Shown here piece after piece: positions 35,680 through 49,580 of a DNA stretch of 64,000 nucleotides. A program made the translations under genes and the position numbers. How positions within the stretch are numbered: the stretch's first letter is position 1; each line of letters starts with the position of its first letter. The notes under the pieces were generated by a model. It had not been told where the DNA came from. It saw only the letters and a list, made by a program, of their open reading frames with translations, and searched no databases. The DNA lies in the NCBI GenBank assembly GCA_973851085.1, contig OZ316775.1, forward strand, positions 19,530,001 to 19,594,000, read 5' to 3'. This DNA comes from Ptychomitrium polyphyllum (taxonomy: Eukaryota).

Positions 35680-38600
35680 TCAAACAGACAAAATTATGGC
35701 ATACATAATCAACAAGTTACAGTACTTCAGTAGATTGTCTTCTGGCCAAGACGCACACTGATTTTGAAGAGATCAGAGACAAACCAGCAAAAATGATTGG
35801 GTTGTTGAACCCTGTTGGGTTTTTCAAGCGTTTCAAGTAAGATTGATTGGTGGTCATAGGAGTCTTGAAATAACCGTGTTTTCCACTAACCAAGCTGCAC
35901 TAATCATTCCATCATTAGGACAATCATTCCATCATTAGGACAATCATCATAAGTTCCAATATCATCACATGGATTTCCAAAATTCCTTGGATACCACTTC
36001 CATCGCATTACCATACACATGATATCTTATTGTCATTGGCATCAGAATTATAAGAAGCCTTCATTTGGCAAAGTAAAGCTCATTTGCTGAAGAGGAAGCC
36101 ACTACTGTAAGTGCTAGATCGTTAAGGCTGTAATTAAAGAACTGATAACCTTGAGGATATTATGGTGTGCTTGTTATTGCAATGGGGGATTTTTTGATTT
36201 TCTGAATTACATTATAGCTTTTAGAATGTTGGTTTTTATGGAATCTTACAAATGATGCTTGCATACATGAGAATTAAACTTGGGGATAGTGATACGAGCA
36301 CCTGAGGTAGCTGGCATTTCTACAATCTCGTGAATGTATTCCAATAGGTGTCCGAGTGACTTCTTTTGTGAGATTGCGAGCGGAAGTAGGAGAGTATGGG
36401 CAGAGTTTCTTACTCAGACAGTCCATCTCTTCCCCTGCTTTCCGTGTCTTCTTCTCAAAGTAATTCTTACTCCTGCACAAAATTACATAGCATGTGGGTT
36501 AAGGTGCTCTGATCGTCTAATACAGCAATGCAAGTTGACCAACTTTCAACCGATACACAAGCTATCCTAGGTACCAACACTAGTAGGCATTGCCAATCTA
36601 AGAATGATTGCAGTGCTTGGAAGCTTGCTGCAAACGTTGCTACAATATGCTTTAGAATACTGGTAAGAATAGAAACCAACTTCATCAAAAAATCTTACAT
36701 CCTAGCAAAAACTATGCAGCTGGAGGATAATTTACGTGAGGTCATCAAACTTGAGCCAGGCTCCTGGAGCTTTGTATCCCGTAGGCTTTAGAGGGTGCGG
36801 TATCTGCATGTCATGCTCTTCAGAAGCTAATTTCAGCTACTAACCATTCATTCTATCAATTTGTCACAATTGCATTGAAAGATAGGTCACTGAAGCAAGT
36901 TCCTTGCAAATGAAGCTTCCCGCAACAATATCATTGGTAGTGGTAATCACATAAGCGGCAGCCTCAAGTGTCAAGAATGAAGAACACATCCCAGTGGCAG
37001 CACAAAATGATCACTAATAACACAGGATGTGTCCCATAAGACTGCGTTCATGAGGCTCCATTCCAAAATTGAAAGTGCACGATTATGTGTGCAATTGGAT
37101 GAGAATTGTTTAATGCAGAAGATCATTCAATGTTGGGTAGAACAAGAGTCACTTACAGCCCAGATGGTGCCACTGGTGAAGCGAATGGTGCGGGCAGAAG
37201 TGTGAGTTTTGTCATTATATTTGGAGTATCTGTCACGAGGGAGGTATGCCGAGTCTGGTCTGAAACTGCATTCACACTCCCTATGATTGGGATCTCCATA
37301 CTTGACCTCTTTGGAGATTGGATCTATGGTGTTAGGAAGAGGAGTCCTGGGGAAGGTTCTAGAATGTCTGATAGTTCGGGGAGTCCAGGTAACCCTAGGA
37401 GTTCTGGGAGTTCTGAGCGTTTTGGTAAGGGCAGCAGGGCATGTCTTTGGCCTGGGTCCACAATTTGCACTCCTTGCACTGGCCTGCTCTGCTTCAGACC
37501 CCATCTTCCCAGAGATTCGGCCCTCCAGTCACTTGCTTCTCCTCTGCATCATATCATTCCTGCAATGTTTACTAAACTATCAAATAATTCATTTGAGGAA
37601 TTGCTCATTGCTTACTGATTGATATCTGCTAGTTAGAGTTCTCAGGTTTGTTCTACATATTATAATTTTCTATGCAAAAGTTGATTTTATATGCAGAGCA
37701 AGAAATAATTAGGTCTTGTCCTTTTGAGTGTGAAATTGTGTGAAATGAGGGATGGTGGCTGCTCTGAGGATGAAGATGATTGTCAAAATCGTTGGAAATC
37801 ATCTCCATTTCGAAAAGGAGGGCCTTTATGAGCGTTTGTTGATTGGGTGAAGCTCGAGAGAGTGACGGTCAGGAGGACTATCCCTGATGATCAGAAGAGA
37901 GAAGCTCCAGAGGATTTGCGATAATTATGAGAGGAATTATGATCGGCTTACTTGAAGGCTTAATTAGGAGAATAAGCAAAGCTGGAGGGCCTTGAAGTTT
38001 GCCCTGTAGTATGCACGCGCTTGCTTTGCGCTTCCGTTGTTACAGAGGAGCGTGCCAGTGCGTAAGGCTTGAGGGCTTCATATGAAAGTCCCTCTACAAT
38101 CACTAACAGGACGAGCAACCATCCTGCAAACTTGGGAGCGGTTACGATGGCGGTTTTGACGAAACACAACAATTAACGCATGCTATATTCGGATGGTGTT
38201 GACGACTCTCATGTGATAGCTCTGCTGAAAATGGATTCTCTTGAGTCAGATGATATCAGTTGACTAACCGTTGCTTGTAAAGATAGAACTAAGTGGTAAC
38301 AGGTACATCCACTATCCTCGAATAGATGAGTTTTCCTCGGATGCTTTTTGTAGATCTGTGCCGACAGATTTATTTAAATTAACAGTAAGTCAGCGCTAAC
38401 AAAATCTATCTCACCTCCAACAGCTTTGTCCTGCTAGTATCATAAGCAGATAATTCCATTAGCCATCCAAAAAAAGAAAGGAACCAAAAAATAAATAACA
38501 ATCACATTATCAAACTTATCTCACCAAAACTATATGTTGATCTGTCGCAAACCCAACCGCTTACAAGCCAGAGGCCTCACCCACGATTCACTCTAGATAG

Positions 38601-39452
38601 TGAGAAGACACACCATCGTGTCAAAATACTGCAGTGCAATCTTCACAATATTAAATCAATTCCAGGAACGAGAAGAGGGTAGAGTTCATATCGTGCAAAC
38701 ACTAAATGAACTGTTACACATGAAATTTTAATCATATACACATGTCAAATGACCTAATAGTATTCAGTGCAAAATTTCTACAGCTAAACTGCCATGAAAA
38801 GCAGGAGTGCAATGCCACATCGAAAGGTCACACAAGGGCTTCAAAGTTAAGTGATTCAGTACAACGGCTTCACAATTCAGAGGTGCTGGATTCCCGATAA
38901 GATTTGGAACCCTGTCAACGAACTCTTTTTTATACATTATTGAAGTCTGGAGGCGTGTAGCAGTATAAAGTACAACCTTAGATTTCAGCGTGAATCAGGT
39001 GCCACGTCGATTAAGGGTTTGAAGACTGCAACGGTCTAGAATTATATTCTGCCCAGTTCAGTAGGCATGCGACGCCGATTATCTGAGAGCGCCGATTAGT
39101 GCAACTCCTAGTCTCCAATTGAGAACTCTCCAAATGAAAATTACCGAAGACGAAAAAAAAAATCACAAGTTACCAGACGCCAGCAAACCCTAAAAAGCTG
39201 CCATCGATTGCAAACCTTGGAAAAGGTCATTGGGTAATTAATGATTTCGAAGGAAACGGACATGGTCGGGAAAAACCGCACGGTTGAAATTCTGCTATCT
39301 GAAGATGCTTAATCCCTCCGTCCGCCTGTATCCAAGTGTATCTGCTTCAATCAACACACGGATACATTCAAATCCACTGGCACCAGATTCAACCGAAGTC
39401 AAATCCTTCACAGAAACAGAGCGTAAACTCCGAAAAATCTGCGCCAACACTA

Positions 39453-41163
39453 TCAAATCTGAGTTGCATTATCTTCAGTTTCATCCATAGCTTGAGCTAG
39501 TATCTGCTCTGCCCGCTTCCTTTTCTCATCTTTCTCGTCCTCTTTAACAGCTGATCCACCTGCCTTCCCTCGTTTCGGAGGGGGAGGGGGAGGAGGAGAA
39601 GGACTTCTTCCCAAACTTAACTGAGCAGCTATGGCCTTTGCGCGTGCCCTCCTTCCCCAATCGAACGTGAGGGAAACTGGCATTCTCTCCTTTGCCTCTG
39701 GTATTGCACTGCCCAGTGGTTCTCTTGGGCTTCCAATAGCTGATTCAGCATTCTCTTGGGCATCCTTGGCACCTTCCAATATAGGAGCAAATGCCTCAAG
39801 AACAGAGAGATTGGCAACCTGTCCATTAACTTCTCGTTTACCAGCATTCTTGTCAAAGATCCTTCCTACAGAGCATACATACAAAAACCGTAAATGCTTT
39901 GTATACATGAAAAAATTCGTGCTTCGTTCCTGCTCACTAGTGAGATCAGTATACAAGATGAGTATTTCGTTTCTCCATTATCACAAGTTTCTAACACGTC
40001 TGTTCTTGCCAATCGGAATAGGTGCTTCTGCAGAATTCAGACCTGTTCAAGTCTACGATCCATTACACGGCTAAAGAGACATCAATGCCTCAACTCTTAC
40101 TAGCAGATCTCAAACAGCTAGCCTTTCAAAGAATGCTCCGCATAGTAGTGACAGAAGTTTTGAAATAGTAGCTCAACTCACCTGAGAGAGTAATAGGGGT
40201 CACTTCTTTTTCTCCTGCTGGCAAAGGAGGGGCCAGAAACGGATTCTGAACGTTAGGTCGTTTCCCTTTCCCTTTCCCTCCTAAACCTTCCGATCCCACC
40301 TTCGCTAATGCAAGTTCCTGCTCTTTCAAAGGCCACTGCTGCCTCGTAGGAGCATGAGGATCAGTCCCTTTAGTCAGAGCTCCTGCAATTTTCGGCAGAG
40401 TGCGACCACCTGCAGGGTTGGGCAACGCGCCAGCTGACGAGGGCGCATCCTGAGGAGACCCCGCAGCTGCAAGACGCAAATGGAGAGAAAATAGGGATCG
40501 TTCCGCCTTCCGTCTCTGCCTCGCCAACTCCAACTTATCCATTCTCGGGTCACTCTTCCTATCCACCCACACAGGGGTGGACTGATACGTATGCGGATCA
40601 GGAAACGCAGGCAACCAAGCTGGGATATGGGGAAACGGAGGGTCCTCTCCCAGCTGAGCAAAACTGGGAACGGGCGCCCTTTTCTTAGAAACAGGGAATT
40701 TCGGCACAGACCTTGCAAACGGAACCTCTTCAGCATACTCCACATACCGCATCACATCCCGAAGCGCACTCGAATTCGCAAGACACCGATTCGACGTATC
40801 AACAGCTGCTCCCGGACCCATATCCTCCAAAGCAAGAATGACATCGAAGGCATTACACTGCGTCCGACCCGCCAGATTCGCATAGAAGTGGGCGGCTTTT
40901 CCTAAGTCACTGAGATACCGCAACGCAATGTCGGTGAGCGTCTCTACAGCCGTCTTCTGAATCCCATGAAACCCTAATCCTTCACAAACCTGGGAAACTG
41001 CTGTATTTGCAACGGCGCGGGCGAAATCATCACCGCCCTTGGAAGAGGAAACTCCGCCATTCTCTGAATTCCCACCTGCGACGCCGGCGTCGCTCCGAGA
41101 GGTCGCTTTCTTCGCCCCTTGGCTCCCTCCTTTCTCCTTTTCCCTGTTAGTCTTGGCTGCCAT
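39453..41163 (-). CDS. TAF8: TFIID subunit 8-like protein (histone-fold BTP domain plus TAF8 C-terminal motif)
   Basis: Exon 40182-41163 has DDFARAVANTAVSQVCEGLGF..ANLAGRTQCNAFDVILALED and PHIPAWLPAFPDPHTY. The last exon ends KRKRAEQILAQAMDETEDNATQI*. A short middle exon near 39999-40044 is probable. Confidence 0.9.
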
Positions 41164-41318
41164 GGTCCCTCGATGGACGCGCCCACCTCCCCAACATGGA
41201 CGATCCTACTAGATGAAATGGGACAACAAACGGATCACCGGACACTCAATTGGAAAAAAACAAAGTAACTAAGTAGCTCTTCTCAGCTCACTCCGACGGC
41301 GACTCACCCCTTGAACCC

Positions 41319-41540
41319 CAAACCCTAACCATGGCGGAACTGGATTGACTCAACGCGACCAGATCGTCTTTCGACTACGCCCAGTGGCACTCATTCAAAC
41401 ACATCACGAAGAAGAAGACCCATCTGCGGGAACGCTCTCGCATTGCGAGAATCCGCCCATTGATTTGTGACGCCGAAGAATCTGTGAGACCTGAGTTCAC
41501 GGCTGAGCTAAACCCTAAAATGTGGAATTCTGGGCCTACA
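41319..41540. promoter_or_regulatory. Telo-box (AAACCCTA) and site-II-like motifs in the TAF8 5' region
   Basis: AAACCCTAA at ~41320 and ~41510; TGGGCC at ~41531. Confidence 0.4.
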
Positions 41541-43476
41541 GTGCAAAAACTACGCAAGAGTTAAATCTACGTCGGAACGCGAACGCTAGTCTGTCAATCC
41601 GCATTTTCTCCTCCTGAAAGTCGTCCTGCAAATACAAAGTGATATGTGATGTTGCGGAACATCGTGTGCGTCGAAACGACTCTCGCCGAGCACACGGTCT
41701 GTGTGACCTCGATTTGCTATTGTTCTCCAGATACCCGCTGCGCAAGACCATGGTATCAAAGGAGTGTTCGACGAGAATCTAAAGGGTATCAATCTACGAC
41801 ATTGGATGTTGTATTGCAAGAGTAGTATAAGTACCTACACCACAATTCAGGACCCTTTAACCATCCATGGTGGAAACGTCCTATGGCAAAGTACGAACCA
41901 GTTAGGTGCCACGTAAGTAAAAACAGCAGGCTATCAACATGGGATATGGGTGTTACAGGGGTATCGTACTGGCGTATTCAAATATCACCTATGTATAATC
42001 TAGAATCGGTATGGTATCTTTTGAATGTTTCATGGATATTCTTGAAACATCTTCCTATTTGAGCATTTGTTTACTTAGGTTGAAGAATTTTATGAACACC
42101 GAGAGGTGAATAGATTGATTATCATTTTGGTTTCCTGGAAAAGAAAGTGACACATATTGCATCTTCATTGGTTCACAATTTCAAAAACTTAAAAAAGAAC
42201 TTTTGTTTAATTCAAAGGAAAGATAAATTTCAAAAGTCCTTTAAAACCTTTGTTTTATATGCATTTAACAACTCTACCCTTAGGTGTGGAACTTACGTTG
42301 GACATTCTTGTGTGAACACTGACTGATTTATTGTGACAGTGTTGTAACAGTGTTGTAACATCTTGGTCCATCACACGACCCTAGTTAAGAAACGAAGCAT
42401 CTCATGATTTTGTGGCTGAAGGTTTAGTGGTGTCCATAATTATTGATTAATGAATTACTAACGCTTTAGCAAAAATGACATGGCAATGAGGATACCAGTA
42501 TTGAATTCAGTAGGATTGAGCATCTCAATAGGTACTATCACTGGTTCCAGTATGTGGTGCAGATCGGTGACTGAACGCTCATAATTCAGGCTGACTCACG
42601 AATTCCGATAATCCTCGTCAAAGCATAACGGTGCTGTAATAGGACACACAGATCATAACCAACAGTCCAAGAACGGTGCGCATATACCTGTAGTGCATTC
42701 GGATTCACTGTCTGCCTACAAAAAATTGATGAAGTGGTGACAAAACCATCCAACTAATTGTAACGTTTGGGAGACTGCATTGAAGAGACAGAAGCTCCAA
42801 GATTGATAGAATGGCCATGCCCACGGTTACGGCGCTAACTACACTCAATTTAGGATCGCCAGTCAGTTTCATGGTTTAGCTTTCCGCCCACATGGATCTC
42901 CCCTTTCGCCCAATTCACTCGTCCTTCTGCCTCTACAGCCCCACTTCCTGCACCACCCCTGGCTCTCCTACTCACTCGCTTGCTTGTTTTGGGAAACGTA
43001 GAGCCCATTCTCTCAACTCTGTGAGGCATAAATCACCTCATTCAGAATATCAGTTCAACAGGAACAAAACATGAAGGACTGCATTTGTAGTAGTATTGCA
43101 CGATTACAAACTTCATGACCATGAGTGAATTGAGTACACATGGGTCCACACTACGGTTGATAACCAACTGACTTATGGCTATGGAGGATCATAAAAGGTC
43201 TTCCAATCTGCACTGACTTTCCAAAATTCTGAAAATGTGACAACCTGATGTATGTTGGCAGCGAAATAATTTCAAGAAATGGCAAGGATTGATACTTGAA
43301 CATTAAATCTTGACAAACACTGGAAGGATCCACGTTGATGAAGGGAATTTCTGGCGAACAGCGGCTGCATCCATGTTGATCGAGGTGCATGCAATGATCC
43401 GAGAATTTCAGATGTCGTGATAACATAAAAGCTGCGGGACGAATTGCTACAGCATATTGGCGCTTAGTCGTAATCA

Positions 43477-44644
43477 ATGGATTCGTGCAAATGGAAGATC
43501 ACGTACAACAACCCGACTCACTGCAGCATGATGGAGCTTGCACACACGCCCACGCGGCCGCCATGGCGGCCTGCGGCATCCAGCATTACAGCGAACTTAG
43601 ACTTGGATGTGCTTCCCCCACAATGGAGTTCCCGTAAGAGCGCAAAATCAACGGAGCTCACAATACCTCCGCAGTACATGAACGCCAGCGACCTCTTAGC
43701 CGCCATGCCCAAACGACACCGGTTGCCGAAACCGCAGACCTTGAGCAACGCACTCGCAACGGAGCCTCGCTCCTCGTACCTTAGGCCAAAGACTCCATGG
43801 GCGCCCTCCGAGCTAGAGGCGGTCAATTTCGACAAGTAAGTATCCATAATGCTTTTGAAAATGGGTCTTGACTGTGGTCAGTTGCACTATCCAAGAGTTG
43901 TTAGTATTGTGAGTTGATACCGACGTGTGGGATTGTGTGTGCGAATGCAGGCAGACGAGGAGATCTTCAGAGCACACACCCAAGTCGGTGCTAGATGAAA
44001 CAGCAAAATTTCTATCATCCAATGCATCTAGATCGAGGTCAAACACAGGCCGGCGCAGCTCGCAGCTCGCGTCGCCTCCATCCGAGGCGAGGTCGGTCCT
44101 AAGCTCCTCACCGCAGTCAGAGAGGGGATCGGAGCGCAGTTTCCCAATTGCGTCGCCTCGGCTCAAGAAGTCGCAGCATACGTCGCCTGGAATCCCGATG
44201 TCGCAGCCAACTTCCCCACCGCGCAGCAATGGCTCCTCCTACGACCGAGCCTCCCCTGCATCTCCTGCGTCCGCCGCGAGGTCACCGGAGCGCTCCCCCG
44301 GTCACTCGCCACCATACTCCGGATCTGCTCAACTTTCCCGAAATCGCACCACCGGTACAAACACCGGCCTCGTTTCAGCAAACGACATCCTGAACTTCCA
44401 GTCTACCAATCCAAGGTCATCACGATACGACACGCGGGGAAGCAGCAGCCGGATGAACACGACCGACACACATAACTACAACTTGCCTTCTCGAGGAACC
44501 ACGAGCTGCTCAGTGCGAAGCAATATGAGCAGCGCATGCTCCACGGTGAGCCACAGATCCATGATGGAAGGCTCCCGTGCGTCCGGCCGTTGCAGCCCGC
44601 CGACGCCGCCCAGCCCCTTGTCACCGTCCTACTCTCCATACTAA
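43477..44644 (+). CDS. Uncharacterised Ser/Pro/Arg-rich, probably disordered protein (2 exons: 43477-43835 and 43951-44644)
   Basis: Two GC-rich ORFs joined in frame by a canonical GTAAG...TGCAG intron (AA|G = Lys). Confidence 0.75.
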
Positions 44645-45034
44645 GACATCTCTATCGCCAGACCTTGACTATATCCTACGACAGACAGATTTATGAGCAT
44701 TGATACCGTCTGCTAAGATATAAAACTTCTCAACTATTCAATGTGAGCTGAAGTCCTAATCATCGTTCACTTGACTCTTCCGTGCTCGTGCTCAATTTCA
44801 GAAACTACAATGCTCAACCGTAATATAGAACCCCTAGTTTGGAGTTTGAGTACTTGAGAATTTGTCAGAGGTCACACTACATGATGTTCAGGGACGATGC
44901 ACAATGAAATGTTTAGAAATCAATTGACTTTATTAGCAAGATTTCTCAACTGGGCGAGTGACCACAGTCGGTGCAAGAGGTCATCAAAAACATGATGAAA
45001 TGACCTCGAAAAACCAGAGACGATGGTATATCCT

Positions 45035-46278
45035 TTAGATCATCTCAAGCACTCTCTTCCACGCAGGGCGGGAGGAGATGGTTTCCCACCATGCCTTGAC
45101 GTGGGGTCGCCCGTCGAAGCAAACGCTGCCCTTCTTGTACTTATCGAAGAGCTTCCAGCCAGTCGTCAAGTGCGAGAGGTCAGCCAGGCTAACGAAGTCT
45201 CCTGCGAGGAACTGAGTGGTTGCGAGACGGGCCTCGTAGATGTCCAGCACCTTACCGAACTTCTCTAGGCTCTGGGCCAACTTCTCTTCGTCAACTGGAG
45301 TGGCAGCGGCATATTTGAGGCTGTCTTTGCATGCTACATTGAAGTTCTGGGCTTCCACTTCCAACCATTGCTCCACAAGAGCTCTCTCGATGGGGGTTGT
45401 TCCATAGAGGGGACTGCCTTGGTGTTCAAATTTGTTGGCGATGTACCGAATGATCGCCCTCGACTCTATTTCACACCAAAAACGAAAGACAATCACAATC
45501 TTTTCTTGGAATCTAGACTAAGATATCCTTCATCACAGCATTCGACAATGCTGATAGGACCAAGGTCAAGGTGTGAGTACACCAAACTACACAAAACTTG
45601 CTCATGAAACACCTGAAATAAGAAAGTATTATGAAAACTGGGCAGAAGGATGATATATTTCACATCGTTATTGAGACCCTACACATCAAATTACACGCAT
45701 GAAGGGACGAAGTGCAAGCCTACAGATTCTCAAAACAACAAGCGGAAAAGGTGTGACATACCAAACAGAGTCAATGCACCATCCTGGAGGACTGGGATTA
45801 AACCAAAAGGCTGCATCAAAAACAATCCAGAATCAGAATTTTAACTTTCTAAAGCACTACAAAGATACTTTCCAGGTAATAGACAGACAGATTATGAATT
45901 TGAAACCTACTTGGATATGCAAAATAGAGAAACATGACTACGTCCACAATAGATGGGTCAATCGGCACAGCGTTAGTACATGTGCAAGTGTTTCAAGCAG
46001 GTCAGTGCAATTCACACTAGTCCCAAGGTTTTCAGGAATTCGCGGATACTTCTAGTATGAAGATTTGAGTTACTTGTGAGAGGTGCAGAGTTCAAGGACT
46101 AAGTCGTGATCCAACTAACCTGGAGGTTCTTGTGCTCCGGTGTCTTGCCTTCACCCTTGCGGACGTTCACAACCTTGAGCTCGAAATCCTCCACTCCTTT
46201 TTCAAACAGAGTGACAATAACCCTCCCTGTGCACGTCGAGGAGGCAATCCCGTACAGCGTCAGCTTCCCGTCCACCAT
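45035..46278 (-). CDS. Phi-class glutathione S-transferase (exons 46120-46278, 45762-45810 and 45035-45465)
   Basis: MVDGKLTLYGIASSTCTGRV..., QPFGLIPVLQDG, FESRAIIRY, EQWLEVEAQNF, LADLSHL and ISSRPAW. Typical three-exon GSTF layout with a 49-nt middle exon. Confidence 0.95.
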
Positions 46279-47524
46279 AGCTTTACCTGCATTCCTAACC
46301 AAAGTTAGAGAAGAGTCGGGAAATTCAAGTGCACCACTTCTGAAAATTGCTCCACCATGGACATTAAGATCCATATCCGCTCATGCCCGCACCATTCCGA
46401 TTCTAGACTGATATTTCCACCGATTGAAGCTTGTCAAATCAAAAACTCAGAAGACCGAATCGCTTCAGTACACGACAAAAGGTAACACCACAGGCTACCA
46501 AAGAGAACATCATTGACCTAATCTACCACACTCCAGCTCACGACTCAAACCCTCTCACACAACTTAGCCCAATGCAACGAAACTGAAAAACTCCAGGTGC
46601 ACAGCATGGTGAGAGCGTCAAACCTCAAGTTAAATGCGATCTAACTCAAGACAGGAGCAATCTGCAGACACTCAAGTTAGATCGCAAATAGACAGCAGCA
46701 AGAATTACAACGGAGCTTAGCGAAGTGAGTGATTCCCGAGACTGCAACAACAGGAAGCAAGGAGAGCTGAGATCCATCCTCAACAATCGCGAGGTATATT
46801 TATTCACAAATAGAATATACTGCCGAATCCAACAAATTGCCCCTTTCGAAGATTCCAACTTGCCCCTTCAAGATACTCCTGTCATAAACCCCAGGCTCCT
46901 AATTCGCTCTTGCTCAGGCGCCTGTCCCTCCCTCGGCCTGCCCCTTCCCCACTCCTTAACCTCCTTAAAATGCAAATATGCAAATAGTTTATTGAAAATT
47001 TCAATAAATATACTTTATTAGACATAACTATCCAGTTGTCTATTAACATGTTTTCAATTATTTTATTCAGTTTCTACTTCAAATTCTTTTTTTAAGAAAT
47101 TTTTTTGACTTATTTTCTTAGAGTTTTCAAATTTATTCAATAATTTGTCACTTCATTTGGTTAGCATGTAACTAACTATTGGTTCTAGCCAATTGTTGGC
47201 ACTCTTTTAATAGGTGTTTCTAAGTATATGGCTTCCTTGTCATAGAAGAGACTCCATAGCTATGGAAAAGATACTTTTTGTTTTAAGTACTTGAATACTA
47301 GTAATACATAACATTTTTTAACATTGTATGATATAAGTTCATGACTTTGTGCCATTTCAATAATAAACCATTTGGGTAGATATTCTATTATAGATAATTG
47401 AATTAATCAAAAAATTGTACGAGACTTGTTTTTAATTCAAAATGATTGCAAAACCAGTTAATGACTTTCACCAAAGGATCAAAACTTGGTAATAATCATG
47501 ATCACCTTCTTTTCGATACAAGAT

Positions 47525-48540
47525 CTCCATGATCCATATGATCTTCAAATGGAATTTGACACGTCAAAATCTCATAGCAAGTCATACCATAGATTTACAC
47601 ATCACACTTCTTTAAGAGCTTCAAGTTGAATATAATATCCTATTCCTCAATTGTTGGAGGATCTCAAAGCACCTCTAGGAGGATCTCAGGTGCTCTCCAA
47701 ATGCAGGTTCCCATCAATCCCACCGAGCACTCAAAATCAGCCGCTTCCAACCTCTATGTTCCACCTTCATACAAATATGGTCCATCTAAGGTGGTGCTGC
47801 TGCCTCCTACAAGTACGTTAGCTGCTTTGAGGTCGTTGTGGAGGTCGTTGTGCAGGACCATGGGTTTGAAAGTTATGCAACTCGTGGAGCTGATTTGCAA
47901 TCCAACAACATCTCATCTTTCAATAGCGTCGCACCCTCAACACCACCTCTATGCTGTTTGTAGCCAGATTGAAAGAGCGCAGAAGGCCGCTTCTTTGCAA
48001 CCTCTTGGAGGGCACACTCTGCCTTGATTACCTTCGCCACCAAGGGACAGCTAGTGCCATTGCGATACTTATTAGTAGCTGCGTAGATGTCAGCCTGGCC
48101 TCCCTCCGCCAGTTTCTCTACCACCACCAGATCGCCACGACTACTGCCCCCTAACAACCCCTGCGGTATTTCGTTCTCAGTAATTTGCGTTTCAACTACC
48201 GGACGCCCCTGGCACAGCATTAAGGTTGTTAGGGGGCAGTAATCGTGGTGATCGGTCAATATTAGAACTCCACTTCTGCCCGCATCTGCTCTCTCACCAA
48301 ATAGAAGGTCTTCAGCTATGTTCCCGTTTCTGAAACTTTTTGTGAGCAAGGAGAGGCACGCTTGACATAAGAAAGAATGCTGATACAAAATTCGTAACAA
48401 ACGTCCAAATTGGACACCAACGAGACAAGTGCTAGCAAGCAAATTGAAAAATGACAACCTATCATTGCCCAAGTAATATGTTGCGCCTTATATTCTGACC
48501 TCTTCCTACACTTCCTTTCCAAATCCTTGCAGTCCCTCAA
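47525..48540 (-). pseudogene. Protein kinase pseudogene (tyrosine-kinase-like / MAPKKK-like type)
   Basis: LAEGGQADIY..LVAKV, then in another frame LHNDLHNDLKAANVL, ADFECSVGLMGTCIWRAPEIL and CDV*IYGMTCYEILTCQIPFED, with four in-frame stops. Confidence 0.85.
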
Positions 48541-49580
48541 AAGTTAACTCCGCAACAGACCAATCAAAACACTGTGATGTTACATGTTCATGCCGATACA
48601 CGTGTAACAATGGTTCTGTAACAGTGCACAACCATTCCAACTGATCCATTGAGCATTCCGCCGGGCATATCGGAAATACTCAGCGAAGTTCCACCGACCA
48701 TCAAGTTCTATGACTCATCGAGGTTTGCTGTTCACATACATCAGAATGTCAATGACTACGAGTGCCGATAATTGCTAGCTGTGCAACAAAATAAATATTC
48801 CATCAGTGCAGCTTGGACAGCATCTAGATCGGGACGTTGATTGATTCGGCAGCTGATAAGTATTTTCTGGTTTGTCCAAGGTGAGGAAATTCATAGAGTA
48901 TAGTATATATCATATACCTAGAATATAAGATGTAAAATTTTAAATGTTGCTTTTGAGATCGTCGAGCAAGATTAGCGGATATGAACGTCGAAGGTATCCA
49001 TCAAAATGAGTTGCGTACAGCTCCGCCTGCACTCCCTCCGAAATTTTTTTACCCACCCGAAGATCATCCCAATTATAATTTTCAAACAGACTCAGAGGTA
49101 TTTCCTGCTCCTAATCAGTAAGTCGCAAATATCAAGGGTTTGGTTCCAAAACTTTCTGTTGAGAAAGAAGCAGTGTGCTGGACATTAAGAAGAAGCTGAG
49201 GCAAAATCTACAACAAAAGCCCGAGAGGGACAGCCACGAAACAAGTGCTCGCAAGGCAACCAAAATTTTCCGTGTCTCAATCATTGCATCGCCAATCTTC
49301 CACATGTTCATACCTTTCAAAATTAGACCCTTACATGTACATCTGGATGCTGTTCTAAAATCTCAATCCTTCCATATTAACAGTAATCCAAGGCAAGAGA
49401 TCATTTCAATTTAAGGATACTAAGAATGTTATTGAAAGGGCTGAGGATTTAAAATGGCAGTCTGGAGTTGCAGTAGCAGCCTATAAATTTCCTTGCCAGC
49501 GATTCAAAACACTTCCAAACCCATCATCAGCCTCACCCCCATCCCAAATGATGAAACCCTAATATTCGTCAAACCAAACA

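Noticed and set aside
23688..41163. Functional clustering of the polymerase subunit with TAF8
   Set aside because: Convergent neighbours in a eukaryotic genome with no shared regulatory evidence; adjacency alone is not informative.
41506..41520. CTAAACCCT resembling the plant telomerase RNA template
   Set aside because: No Pol III type-3 promoter or other TR elements are visible; better explained as a telo-box in the TAF8 5' region.
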